Notes: a model not told the origin generated them from the sequence alone. DNA of 64,000 nucleotides from Octopus vulgaris (GCA_951406725.2 OX597816.1:114266001-114330000), one strand, 5' to 3'. Shown: positions 12,635 to 25,454, numbered from the stretch's first letter. Numbers and translations: made by a program.

Positions 12635-13517
12635 CCATTAATTTGTTTTTGCTGTTCAAATTCAAGCTACTGGCCACTCTGAACTATATATTTAGCTTGA
12701 CTTTGGCACATATATATATGTGTGTGTGTGTGTGTGTGTTGTGCGTGTGTGTATATTTATATACATACACACATATGTATATGTGTGTGCACATGCAAAA
12801 TATTCTGGTGTTACTTCTGTGAGAAAATATTTTTAAACTATCTTATTATTATTTCATCAAATTGTGATTTTTTTTTGTTTGTTTTTGGTTGAAATATACA
12901 AGAGTATGTTTGTATGAAGTTATTTTGGTTAAGTGTGTATGTATGTATGCATGTGTCTGTGTGTGTGTGTGTGTACAATTGCTTTTTTGCTTTGTGTTTG
13001 TGTATGGCATGTGTGTGCCAATCAATATATTCATGTATAAATATCACCCTATTTCTATTGTTCACTATTTTTATGTTTATCATGTATTTTAAAAACATTT
13101 TCTTTCACTTCTTACAACCTATCTCCCTACCATTACACATTTTTCTTTATATGTTCACATGCCTGTACATACACACACAAACGTGTATGTACATATGCGT
13201 GTGATTACATGAATTATATATATATATATATATGTATGAAGTATTTTTACATTATTCATTGCATTGATTTGTTGGTTGTTTTCACTAATTTGCATGGAAT
13301 ATATAAAGCAGTATAAATGCAAGTTCAGTAGTATTTTGCCCCCTATGAGGTTCCAAGTGTGAACTAAAACAAATGGAACTCACCTGTAGGGTAAATGCTC
13401 CAATAATAAATATATTATTATTGCTGCATATTAAAATTCATAGAGTACTTTATTGAGCCGTGAACTTGGTTTTGAGACTGATTCACCTAACTTATAGTAA
13501 TTTATATTCTGTAGTCT

Positions 13518-14233
13518 GGTGCAGGTGTTCATCAAGGTTTGGTTCTCTGCCCCTTCCTATTTCTTGTAGTTCTGAAAGTCATGATAGGAGGAGTTTAAGA
13601 CTGGTTACCCATAATGACTTTAGTATGCTAAAGGCTTAGTTCTTATAGCAGAGTGTGAGGAAGGCTCAGAGAAGAAATTTCAGTTGTGGAATTAAAGCCT
13701 AGACTAGAGCAGTCTCCGAGTAATCTTGGAAAAGGCTGAAGTATTACTGCTATGTAGGAAAGACGAGTGGACTCTGCTGCTAATGGCTGTGCTCAATATG
13801 CAGGAAGTGAGTAGGTGGAAACTTAAAAAGTGTACACAGTGTGAACTATGGGAGCATAAAGACTGATGCCACATGGTAGTGAGATGTCGGCATTGAAAGC
13901 AATGGAGGTGCAAATACTGCCAAGAAATGAAGTAAGCATATTCTTCTGGATGGTAATGTTAAACTGCATCAGATATATGCTATAGATGAGAAAGGTTGAA
14001 AAACTGGATATCAGAGGAACCAAATGTGATGTGCAGGAGAGATGAGGGTGGTAATATGGACCCACATGGAAGGTAATTGTGGAAAAAGATATGGTGAGAA
14101 GCAGTGGAAACTAATTTCAGGATGTACAACCTCACAACAAAGATGACCAAAAGACTTGACAAATGTCAAGACAAAGACTGAGTTGAAAAAGGCCCATCCA
14201 ACTCCTACATGTATGGAAAAGTGGACATAATGA
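13518..14233 (+). mobile_element. Decayed RTE-clade LINE fragment (RT motifs plus 3' tail)
   Basis: Translates GVHQGLVLCPFLF (QG..LSP.LF motif), then after a frameshift EFKTGYP**L*YAKGLVLIAE (YADD equivalent); multiple stops; RTE-type tail at 14194-14233. Confidence 0.8.
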
Positions 14234-14247
14234 TATATATAATAATA

Positions 14248-14482
14248 GGGCGGTCAGCTGGCAGAATTGTTACCATGCCAGGTGAAATGTTTAGTGGTAT
14301 TTCGTCTGCTGTTATGTTCTGAGTTCAGATTCTACTGAGGTCAACTTTGCCTTTCATCCTTTTGGGGGTTGATTGAATAAGTACCAGTTACACACTGGGG
14401 TCGATGTAATCAACTTAATCCATTTGTCTATCCTTGTTTGTCCCCTCTATATTTAGCCCCCTGTGGGCAATAAAGAAATAGA
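14248..14482 (+). mobile_element. SINE family C, long-tail monomer
   Basis: AGCTGGCAGAATTG head, GAGTTCAGATTC B-box-like, tail TTAGCCCCCTGTGGGCAATAAAGAAATA; matches 50721-50955. Confidence 0.88.
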
Positions 14483-14495
14483 TAATGATATATAT

Positions 14496-14642
14496 TCCCA
14501 ACCAAAACTGTCTGACGAACAGGACGTGAAATGAGTAACAGCTTTTGTGATGTCTTTGCAGCTTTGTTAATAAACCATATATTACTCTACCTCCAGTATT
14601 TGAGTACTATTTTTTTCCCACCTTGTTCCACATTTATGTGCT

Positions 14643-14646
<4 letters not shown>
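14496..14646 (+). mobile_element. Short hammerhead-bearing segment, Penelope pLTR/retrozyme-like, between TA tracts
   Basis: Hammerhead motif near the 5' end followed by AATAAA; flanked by TA repeats; single copy in this window. Confidence 0.5.
14504..14545 (+). ncRNA. Minimal type-I hammerhead ribozyme motif, core intact
   Basis: Stem I AAAACTGT/ACAGCTTT (7 of 8 pairs), CTGACGA, stem II AC-aggac-GT, GAAA, T-GA-G, GTA cleavage triplet (cut after 14537). Confidence 0.65.
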
Positions 14647-14687
<41 letters not shown>

Positions 14688-14696
14688 GTTATATAT

Positions 14697-14990
14697 GGAA
14701 GCACATGGCCTAGTAGTTTTGCTGTTGCACTCATGATCATGAGATTGTGGCTTTGATTCCCAGATCAGCAGTGCATTGTATTCTTGAGTAAAACACTTCA
14801 CTTCATATTACTCCAGTCCATTCAGCTGTAAATGGGTAAACCCTATGATGGACTGGCATTGCATTCAGGGAAATGTTGGTCTATCTACCTAGTCAGCAGG
14901 ATGGCATAATTCAAAAGCCACAACAATGCAAAATGCATGGTAACCAGCAGGGTATAACAATATTTGATAGTTTGGTTGACTTCATAATAT
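14697..14990 (+). mobile_element. tRNA-derived SINE, family D-related, old
   Basis: TGGCCTAGTAG A box, GCTTTGATTCC B-box-like, GATGGACTGGCAT core; tail resembles the 57836-57960 tail. Confidence 0.7.
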
Positions 14991-15343
14991 AATTATATAT
15001 AACATATATTGGAAATTTCACACTTAGAGTAGATTCTGGTTTCAGAATTCTGCACCTATAGGAACTACAAAGTAAGGACATTTCGTAATATGACCCATAG
15101 TTTCACTCTCATCAGAAAGTGAAAGTAAAAGCAGTAGAAAGAAAAGGAGTCATAAAGTGATTTTGCTGGAGAGTGAACTTCATGTTTTGATGTAGAAACA
15201 AAACTCAGCAATCTTACAAAAGACACTGCAATGTCTACAGATATGTGACAAAAACACAAAATTTAGATAAATACTCAAGTATTTATGCTCTATTAATGGC
15301 TCCAACATATATTTTTCTACAGATCTAATAAGATGCTTTATAT

Positions 15344-15831
15344 CAGGGGATGCCAAAGGGGATCTGTGGGACCTCCTAGGGGTCGGCGAGGAATTGCAGA
15401 GGCGTCAAATGGAGGCCAGTGTGCGAAAGACCAGTTCACCCAGATGAACTGCTTGAAATACTTAGTCAGTGCCATGCTCAACCCTCACATTGATATTGTC
15501 AATTTCAATAAAAGATATTCCAGCAAATATGATACATATTTCACATTTTCTAACCATGAAAACAATTTCATAAAAATTGAAAGTTTAATACTGTACACTC
15601 ATACATATAGTTTTAAATGTAAAAAGTGTGTCATCTTCGAAAGAATTTCTTAATTTGTCATACATGTATATTTTAGCTAAAATTTTAATTGCCAGCATCA
15701 GTGCCCGGTACGCATTTAAGATATGGTATAATAGGGTAGGGTATTAAGATATTTTAAATGAGGAAGGTGGTCGGTGCAGAAGGAGAAGTGGCTAAAGGGG
15801 GTTGATGGTCAAAAAGGTTTGGTGACCCCTG
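15344..15831. mobile_element. Non-autonomous hAT DNA transposon (488 bp)
   Basis: Perfect 8-bp TSD CTTTATAT (15336-15343, 15832-15839); TIR CAGGGGATGCCAAA / TTTGGTGACCCCTG. Confidence 0.9.
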
Positions 15832-16474
15832 CTTTATATGGAGTCACACCTGAGTATGAAGGTGTGTTGACAATCAGACTGGGCATAATGCAACAATAAA
15901 CATGGTGCCCTTTATGAAACATCTAAAAGTTTATTCCTGTTTAATCCTAACTTATTTCTTTTCAAATATTTGTTATGTTTTTATACTATAGTGTATGTGC
16001 TGGAAAATTGTTAAGTTCATACATATAAGAGGATGGTTTATTTTTCCAGATAAATTCTATATTGAAGAAATGGGAAAATAAGGTTCATGCCAGAGAAAAT
16101 CTTTCAGTAATGCATAAGTTTTGTAACACAATAGATTGTTGTTTTCTTTTACTGGTTTCAGGCATTAAACTGTGGCCAAGAGTCACCACTTACACACTTT
16201 CTTTTATGAAATATATCAAAACTAGTACTTCTTAAAATCTGGTTTTAAGATCACAATTGTTGTAGTACTGAGGGAGAAGAGAAACGGATTTTACATATTT
16301 AGACTGGTAGAAACACAAACATATACACTTAAGTGTGCTTGTATACACAAATACATACACATATATATATATATGTATAATGTATATATACACACGCTTT
16401 TTATGTATTTGTATATTCACACACATATATGTGCATATACTATATATATATACTTATAATATCTATATATTGAT

Positions 16475-16853
16475 GCTGGTGTCACGTAACTGGTACCCAA
16501 GTCAGTGGCACGTAAAAAGCACCTTTTGAGCATTGGGCCTCATGCAGGCAAAGTGGCTGAGCTCCTTTTAAGTGTTGGACGTCACAAAGGCAATGACTGA
16601 GACATTTAGCATTATGTTCGAGCTGCGCAAAATTCCAGTCATGGCACATACCGCTGTCACGCAAATGGCACCAGTGCTGGTGGCACATTAAAGCAGCCAT
16701 TACACTCTCAGAGTGGTTGGCGTTAGGAAGGGCATCTAGCTATAGAAACCATCCCAAATCAGACTGGAGTCTGGTGCAGCCTTCCAGCTTGCCCTGGTCA
16801 AACCGTCCAACCCATGCTAGCATGGACAATAGACGTTAAATGATGATGATGAT
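16475..16853 (+). mobile_element. RTE LINE 3' end
   Basis: Repeated GGTGGCACGTAAAAAGCACC-like units, GGTTGGCGTTAGGAAGGGCATC, (GAT)n tail; matches 63031-63382. Confidence 0.85.
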
Positions 16854-16854
16854 A

Positions 16855-17699
16855 GATATATATATATATGTGCATTAAAATATATATACTTATAATATAT
16901 ATATATATATATATACTTATATAATCGCATATATATATGTATCATCATATATACATATACATATATGTATCATCATATATACATATATATATACTTATAT
17001 AATGGCATATATATGTGTACCATCATATATACATATATATATATATATAACTAGTTATATATATATAATGTTTATTATGTAATATATACATATACACTAT
17101 AAATTATATGTATAATATATGCTCCATGCACACACGTACGCGTCTGCCTGTGAAATATACACAGTGTACTTTACAAACATAATATAAGGCAGCAGGAAAG
17201 GCATTTGGGTATACAAAGGCTATCGTTACAAATTCTATCACAACCATGCATATATGATATATATTATCAGTTAGCTGACCACAAAAGATATACATTATAT
17301 ATAAATATATATATGTATACATGTATGTGTGTGTATATATAAATATATATATATATATACACATATATATATATATACACACACACATTTATATATATAT
17401 ATATACATGTATATATATCATACATGTATATATATATACATGTATATATATACATGTATATATATACATTTATATATAAACATTTATATATATATATATA
17501 CATGTATATATATATGTACATGGATATATATATATACATGGATATATATATATATATACTTACATATATACACATATATACATATATGCTTACATACATA
17601 CATACATATATATATAAATATATATCAATATACTTAATAGATACTAAATTTGAATATTGCATAAATATAATTACACACACACACAAACATTGATATATA

Positions 17700-17734
<35 letters not shown>

Positions 17735-17780
17735 TATATATGCATACATATACACACACATATATAAACTTATATATATA

Positions 17781-17823
<43 letters not shown>

Positions 17824-18170
17824 ATATATATATACATATACACACACAAATATATATATATATGCATATGTATACATGTATACGTATATATATATGTATA
17901 TGTATACATGTATACATATGTATATATATATGTATACATGTATATATATATTCATGTGTGTGCATATGTATATATATATATATATGTATGTATTCATGCA
18001 TGTGTGTATGTATATATACATGTTAATATCTTTATAATATACATTAAATACATGTATGCATATTCATGTATATGTGTTATAAAATGTATGTCCATACACA
18101 TACAAACATACATAGTTATATGTGCATGTATGTGTATGTGTTTGCTTGTGTTTATGTGTGTGCGTGAGTG
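16855..18170. repeat. Compound (TA)n/(CA)n/(TG)n microsatellite field
   Basis: Directly visible; source of the IYIY-type ORFs. Confidence 0.95.
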
Positions 18171-18499
18171 TGTTGATCCTTGTATAGTAAGCCCAGTATA
18201 TGGAGCACTCCTTCTTACAACTGCATTATGGAGATGGATACACAGAAGGTTTGCAAGGAGGGTAACAATAATTATAATGTAGATGTTGCCCTTCCTTTCC
18301 AGGAACTGTAATTTATCTTACAAACCTGCAACAAATTTGTATATTCACATGTGTGTATACACACCTTTATACATCCATTTTCCTTCTCAATTTCCTTTGT
18401 TTATTATTTTTTTTCTTTTGTTTATTCAAAGAGAATTTGAAATCCTTTTTGAGTGTACAGCCTTAAGCAGCAACATATTCTTGTCCAGATATGCTTAGG

Positions 18500-18700
18500 C
18501 CGATGAATGTATAAGAATATCTTGAGAATGGAATGTAAGTTCATTGCAATGCTATCCACCAGTTATTTCTGGTACTCAGTTCAGCTATGTGGACTGTAAG
18601 AATGTGAAATTGTGTGCCTTCTACAAGGTTACAGCCCGCTGCATATGTGGGACTTGAACTAACAACCTTGAAATTATGAGCCCAATACCTTAGCACACAC
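18500..18700 (-). mobile_element. Old tRNA-derived SINE
   Basis: Minus strand has AGTTCAAGTCC B-box-like motif and a CAGTCCACATAGCTGAACTGAGTACC core similar to the 14697 copy. Confidence 0.5.
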
Positions 18701-18798
18701 ATTGCATTATATACACGTATGTGTGTGTGTGTGTAATTTAAAGTCATAATATATATTCTACATTGACATTATATGCAAAACGCATTTTTAATGTGTTA

Positions 18799-18860
<62 letters not shown>

Positions 18861-20050
18861 AAATTTATACATATACACACAAATGACTCCTTATCTGGGA
18901 AGCAAATAATGGCTAGCGTCAGAAAGGGATTCATTCTCTAAAACAATGCCGCGAGTAACATATTCGTCCAGCCCGTGTAAACATGGGAAAACGGACGTAA
19001 AGAGACCGAGTAATTGCATGGAATACACAACCACTTGCACACACACACACACGTGTGTGGGTGTGTAATTATTGTAAAAGCGGTAGATACTTATTTGGAA
19101 AGTATAGATACGATGGTGGTAGTGGTGGTGGTGGTGGGGGCATTAGATATACATCGGACAAGGTATTTGAAAAAAATGAAAATTCTATGAAAAACGCAAA
19201 AGAAAATTATTTAAAACTTCACTTGATTTTTTAAAGAAAAACAAGGCGAATATGGAAACAAAGAAAAGTATGATCTATAAAGGAATTTAGAAATAAAAAA
19301 ATGCTTTCTTTTTTTTTTTTTTGAAGAAAAATAAAATTTCATTTTTTAAAATAATGTAAGTTAAAATCGAGTCAACAAAAGCTTTAATGACGAAAGAATA
19401 TTGAGACAAAGAAATACATTTATTTCAGGAAATACATTTCGGACTACATTATGTATGTCCTTTAAAAAAAAAAAAAGAAGACTTTTGGCGGTGCTTTAAA
19501 GGTAATTTGGTAGCATGCTGTTTTTAGCAAGGTCTAATAACCATTTAGAGAGACTTCTTTGCTGAAAAGCCAAAATAATTTTTTGGCATAAAAATTCTTT
19601 AAATATTTTTTTCAAACAGAAAAGAAAAAAAGACAAACAAAAACAAATGAGTATGAGTGTACGCGATATATATGTGTGTATGCTGTTGAGTGTGATTACG
19701 TATGTGCAGTTGATGTATAAGTGGAGATAGATTATGAACACGAATTGTGTGGATATGAACGATAAGATGTGAATAAATGGTAAATTAGTGTGGTGTAATT
19801 GACATGAATTTAAAATAGTTTACGTATACATATTTCTTAACGCATTATCAATAGTGTACAAGGGAAGAGCGGTAGTGGCAGTAAAACGATGCCGTGAGGG
19901 GTGGATATATACTAGTCTGGCTTTTTTTTTTCTTCCATCTGCATTCATTCATTCATTCATTCATATAACCGCTTCTGTTGTTGTAACGAAAACACACAAC
20001 AGTCATTACATAACGAAAACAAGGCTTCGGCGGAGAAGGTAAACAGTATT

Positions 20051-20270
20051 GTTTAGCCCCAGGTCAGCCCTAATCAAGCAAACCCATGATGAAATGCCTT
20101 TCAACCATGGCTATCCCTTCTTTTTGTATATCAGAAATTACGTTATCCGGTGTGTCCTTTCTTTCTTTCTTTCTTTCTTTCTTTTTTTTTTTTTTTTAGG
20201 GCGGTGGAGTTATGATTAGGCTGCGAATTGTAGCAAGTCGAGCGATCTCATAGAAAAAAGCTCTTTCATT
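20051..20270 (+). repeat. Interspersed repeat family E
   Basis: GTTTAGCCCCAGGTCAGCCC...CGTTATCC..TGTGTCCTT...GCAAGTCGAGCGA; related copies at 21855, 22005, 26778(-), 27845(-). Confidence 0.65.
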
Positions 20271-20430
20271 TGTAGATGGGATTAATCCTGAAGGAACGCA
20301 CACACACATTCGTGCACGCACACACATACACAAACAAATCAATGAGCCACTACAGCGACGGATGGATCATCGGCATTCCTCAGTAACTTCCACAGCTTCG
20401 AATCATTTCCAGTGGGCTGCTGAAGACCAG

Positions 20431-20478
20431 TTAGTTGGTGGTCAAGTTTGATAGGAGGGCGTTAACACAGTGGCGAAA
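20431..20478 (-). CDS. Candidate terminal coding exon (W), unidentified gene
   Basis: Acceptor tttattatggctgtag; all three frames stop within 48 nt (FRHCVNALLSNLTTN* or SPLC*); minus-strand AATAAA at 19419-19424. Confidence 0.25.
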   Translation of the reverse strand, partial: FRHCVNALLSNLTTN

Positions 20479-20696
20479 CTACAGCCATAATAAACAGCAA
20501 CAACAACAACAACAACTACAAACAAACACATGAAGCAGATTGATATCAGGAAGGAAGGCTGGGCGAGTAGTAATGTAAGTGTGAAGAAAAACATTGGAAA
20601 CCTCGGCTATTTCAGCTTGGCCCAGCCCAGTCTGTCTCGGTGGGTGGGGGTGAGGTATATGGGTGGAGAATGAGGATGAAAGAGATGGTAACTTAC

Positions 20697-20736
20697 GGAG
20701 GATGCTGCCCACACTCCGCCTATAAACGGCAACCGA
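20697..20736 (-). CDS. Candidate 40-nt exon (Z), unidentified gene
   Basis: Acceptor tatgtcctttttag, donor CC|gtaagt, GC-rich non-repetitive body; reading frame not resolved. Confidence 0.4.
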
Positions 20737-21854
20737 CTAAAAAGGACATATCAATAACCATATTACTGTTCATTACATTACTCAATGACGACCAAACTAG
20801 CCAAGAAGCCAACCAATCTTAACTCTCCCTCTCTTTTTATACAACCATACCTTTCGTGCGTTGTAATTCCTTTCGGCTTTCTTTCTTTCTTTCTCTTTTT
20901 TTTTTGTTTTTGTGTGTTTGTGTTTGTTCCTTTCTTTCTTTCGAAAATTGGATCCTTAATAGACACTATGAATATGACCCTTGAGAGTATTTAGAACGAC
21001 AGCCAGCTGCCGACCAAGCCAAACTGTGACAAGCACAAGTGTGCCAATGATTTGTATATGTATGTGTGTGTGTGTGTGTGTGTGTGAGTATCTCAGCACG
21101 AGTGTGCGCGGCCGTGCGTGCGTGCGCGCGCTTGTTTGTACGGAAGGATGGGTACATGTAACGCTTGTTAGAATCTCTCTCTCTCTCCCTCTCTTTCTCT
21201 CTTATAAGGTGAAAATGCGAGCAAAAATATTTCTCTATTACGACTTCATCATCAGTAATTGCAAGCTTTACAAACGTCCCGTATTACAGAGCTCATTTAA
21301 TGAAGCTTGCGTACATGTCATCGTCGATGATAAAGATTATAATAATGAGGAAGAGGACTTTTTCCATTTGCGACACGGGCCCCAAAACGTTAAGGGTGAC
21401 ACACAGATGCATTAAAAGAAAAACCAAAACCCAAGGAATTACATCAAGTAAAAAAAACAAAAAGACAAAATAAACAAAAAACAACCGATGTCAATAAAAC
21501 ATCAACGAAAAGGATTCTCAATAGTTTGGGAAAACATGCACACAAAAAAGAGTCTAAGATACTTCTAACACCCTAAAGAACCCTCTGCCACTATCGCCTT
21601 CTGTTTACAGTCGCATAATCAGAGTAGGCCCATTTTAATCCTGTCAATTTCACCGCTCTGGGCGGTGGTTATGATAAATTTTCGATGCTGCCAACCGTCC
21701 AAAGAAAAGAAAAAAGAAACCCAGGCAAATGTCAAAATGTATCATATTTTTTTGGCTTCATCGAACGTGTTTAAACAGTAAACAGAATTTAACCAAGCTT
21801 TTACAGTTACTACTGTTATTGTCGATACTTTCGTTAGAATTGTAGTAGTTGTTG

Positions 21855-22198
21855 CATAGCCCCAAGACCAGCCATGGCTTTCTTGGCGTTTTGTACACCT
21901 ACAAATACATTGTACAGTGTGTTCCTTCGTTTCTTAAGACATTAGGGCGATTTAAAGGAATTTGGTCGTTATATTTAACGATTCGAGCTACCGCGTGGGC
22001 TCTTTAACCCTCTTATAGATCAACCTTGATCGAGCAGACCTGTGATCAAACGCCTTCTAGCTGTGACCATCCCGTCTTTTTCCTAGACGGGGGTAACCCG
22101 GGACCACGTTATCCAACACGACAGGTCGTGATTTAAATAAGATTTAACTGCTATTTCCTGTAGGTATAAAGACTACACACAGGCTCCCGTGTTGGTTA
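21855..22198 (+). repeat. Two tandem family-E repeats
   Basis: Share GATCGAGCAGACC, GACCACGTTATCCAA and GTGATTT motifs with 20051 and 26778. Confidence 0.55.
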
Positions 22199-23669
22199 GA
22201 AGAGATTCTTTCGCTATCAGCTGCTACGACCGATATATGGTCGCTGTCGCTTTAGTCGGGGTAGTGGTGGTTACTGAAGTGCTCAGGGACAAGGATTTTC
22301 AGACTGATTAAAAGATTCCACTAGCTGAACTAAATGTAATATTTTATATGTATATATATATTTTTGGCTGTAATTTGCATAACCAATTAAAATCCTCTTG
22401 TCATTTTTTGTTCATCGTTCTGATCATCACGCTCAGAGGTTCCAAGCACATTTTCATGGCTGTTATTTTATTTTTTAAAAATCTTACAACTATATTATCT
22501 GTTTAATTTCTACGGCAATAACTAATAACAAAAAAAGGAGAGCAAAAAAATTGTCCAAAAGATCGAGTAGTCAGAGCATTCAACAGGGCAAAGATTTCTT
22601 TTGATGTCATTTAATAGTTAATAATGAGAGAGAGAGAGAGTGGGAGGAGGAAAAGTAATTTAAAATACATATTCTATATCTATATTATATAATATATGAA
22701 ATATATACATGTTCTTATATACATAGAGAGATATAAATAGAGAGATAAAGAGAGAGAGAGAGAGACATATCAACATAAAAAATACAAGTAAAATCAAAGT
22801 AAAAATAGCAAGAATTCTTAAGAAGTAGCATCAATATAAACCTCACCCCCTGGGTGGGGGTGAACGACTGTCTTAATTCGAGATGAATAACTAATAAATA
22901 GTAAGTTTCCATTCAACAATCAGCTAGTAGCGGGAGTATAGGGTTTGAGAATGTTGAAAGAGTGGGAGTGAAAATGAGGATGAAAAAAAAAAAGAAGAAA
23001 ACGTGCAGGAGACGGAGAAAATAGATATTAAAACAGACAGTCACAAAGGAGAAGAGAGGCGAGGCAAACGTTCAGCTGGGTGGGGATGAGAGCTAGGTAT
23101 GTGGTGTGGTTACTGGAGGGGGTAAAGGTGGAAGGTGAGAGATATTAACCTACTAATAAACGGCAAGCCAGAGAGAGACTGACAGAATTTGTAGGGCAGA
23201 ACAAACAGATGCCGTTGGCGCTGGAGTCGAGGAGTACTACTAAACAGGCTTTTGTTGCGCAATGCTATGGGAGTGAAGAAGGCGGAGGGGGGGGGGAGAA
23301 AGGACAATATCCACATCCACGCTAATTTCCGATCTCATCAAGCTAAAATGTGTTATGTGTGTGTGTGAATGTTTGTGTGTGTGTGTGTGTGTGTACACGT
23401 ATACACCGACATATATATATATTTATATATTATATATGAATTGTCAATATTTCTTGCTGAGAGAAAAATATTGAGTAAAGAAATTAGTTTAATTCAAGAT
23501 TTAAAAAGAAAAGTGGTTATAAACCGTCGGATACTGTGTGAGCGCGTGCGTATGTATGTACGTATGTATGTATGTATATATACACACACATATATATGTA
23601 TGTGTATATGTAGAGCGTGTATTATTAGTGTAGTATGTTATGTAAACATGGGTATGTGTAAGTGTGTGT

Positions 23670-23717
<48 letters not shown>

Positions 23718-23763
23718 GATATATATATATAATGAGTTAAGAAGAAGGAAAGAAAGAACTCAC

Positions 23764-23803
23764 CTGCACTGGAATTCTGGTTCGACATCTCTGCATTGGT
23801 TGC
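23764..23803 (-). CDS. Candidate 40-nt exon (Y), unidentified gene
   Basis: Strong acceptor ttttttctgttttcattgcag and donor CAG|gtgagt; open in all three frames (ATNAEMSNQNSSA / NQCRDVEPEFQC / QPMQRCRTRIPVQ). Confidence 0.5.
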
Positions 23804-24336
23804 CTGCAATGAAAACAGAAAAAATTATCCGGGCGAAAATGCATGTTCTGCAGTTAGCTGTCAAAGGAAGCAGATCTGAATTAAGGCCATCTCTGGCGGA
23901 ACAGCAAATGCCTGCTTTAGCACTTCTCTCATTGTCATCATACCTTTCTTTCTTTCTCTCTCTCTCTTTTTCTCTCCCCTACCATCTATCTATCTATCTA
24001 CCTATCTATCTATCTATCTTATCTATCTATCTGTCTGTCTATTTTTTCTTTCTTTTCATTTCTACTCTCACTGCACTCTCTGTCAACTCGGTCACTACAT
24101 CACCAACACACATCCACTCATACAACATCCATTCCATGTTTTTTTTTTTCACTCTTTACCTTCCCCATCTTAATATCTACATCACCACCACCACCCATCC
24201 GCTTTTTTTTTTTTTTTTTTCTTTGTCTTTCCGTCGTCCACTACTGCTCTTTCCCTTGTAGCTGACAGATTCTACTTTTTCTGTCCTTTCTCCCTCCCTC
24301 CCCTCCTTAACGCTTAGATCTCGCATCAACGTTTGC

Positions 24337-24379
<43 letters not shown>

Positions 24380-24439
24380 GACATGCTTGTTCGCTCAAAA
24401 ACACTTGACCTTCCTGAGTTTTGTTATAAATAAAAATAC

Positions 24440-24542
24440 CTGTATATCGTATTGGCCAGCTGGACGGAAGAGCTGTCAGGACCCCAGACAATAGCGAAGG
24501 CATGTCCGGCTGCTTTCTCATGTGGACAGTGTTGTACATAAG
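24440..24542 (-). CDS. Candidate 103-nt exon (X), unidentified gene
   Basis: Acceptor cacttcctctgtag, donor CAG|gtattt, GC-rich body, two open frames. Confidence 0.3.
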
Positions 24543-24693
24543 CTACAGAGGAAGTGTTGATAATGTTATTGCGTGTGTGACTATCTGAGTGCAATGAATG
24601 AACGAATACATAAATGGTTAAATGAACGAAAGTAGCATGTGCTTTCTTTCTATACTGTCTCAGCCTTCGTTTTTGCATTGATACATCCTGTCC

Positions 24694-24749
<56 letters not shown>

Positions 24750-24857
24750 ATATATATATGTATGTATGTGCATATGCAGTTCCTCTTTGCCTTTGATTTT
24801 TGCCTTGCACGGCACGCTATGTGCAGCAGCAGTTATGTAGCACCACTGCCAGACTAT

Positions 24858-24927
24858 ATGTTGTTGTTGTTGTTGTTGTTGTTGTTGCTGCTTCTGTTGG
24901 TGCTGTTTTTGCTGCTGCTGCTGCTGT
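24858..24927. repeat. (TTG)n/(CTG)n trinucleotide tract (polyQ on minus strand)
   Basis: Directly visible. Confidence 0.9.
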
Positions 24928-25404
24928 TTTTTGTTTATTCTGCTGCTTCCAGGCGGCGTTGTCGGGCAAGTAGCTGCTGCACAACCAAAGTCTACACTAG
25001 AATTGCTTCCCTCTTTCCATGACGCCTATTCAACGTACACTTCTATACACAGGCATGCATTCATGCACATGGAGGTGTACACAGCAATATATATATATAT
25101 ATATATATATACACGCATATATACACACAGTGTTAGCATGTGCATCGTGTTGTTTTCTTGCATCCGTGGCAAAGAACCACTACTTTTGTAACTACAACAA
25201 AGTTCATTTTTTTTAAAAAAGATATATCCATTTGAAGATAGATCATGTGTGCATTTGTACACATGATTGTGTATACACGTGTATTCATATTTTAACTTAC
25301 ACATATACGTGTACAACGTCTGTATTATGGGATATTAATCACTTCCTTTTTTTATGTCTGTTTGCATGCATGTGTCCATACATGTGCATATGTGTACGTG
25401 TTTG

Positions 25405-25454
<50 letters not shown>

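Noticed and set aside
13378-13425. Minus-strand CAG|gtgag donor with a nearby acceptor
   Set aside because: The enclosed sequence is very AT-rich and not exon-like
15097-15114. Minus-strand CTGATGAGAGTGAAAC
   Set aside because: No room for stem II and no stem I pairing
15333-15653. 106-aa ORF
   Set aside because: Runs through the hAT MITE left end; no transposase motifs
20995-21055. Minus-strand TTGGCAC (miR-96/182/263-like seed)
   Set aside because: No pre-miRNA hairpin and no match beyond the seed
22843-22863. Perfect 8-bp hairpin TCACCCCC/GGGGGTGA
   Set aside because: Too short; no Helitron CTRR end or other supporting context
23255-23262. Perfect C/EBP palindrome TTGCGCAA
   Set aside because: A single 8-mer is not enough evidence on its own
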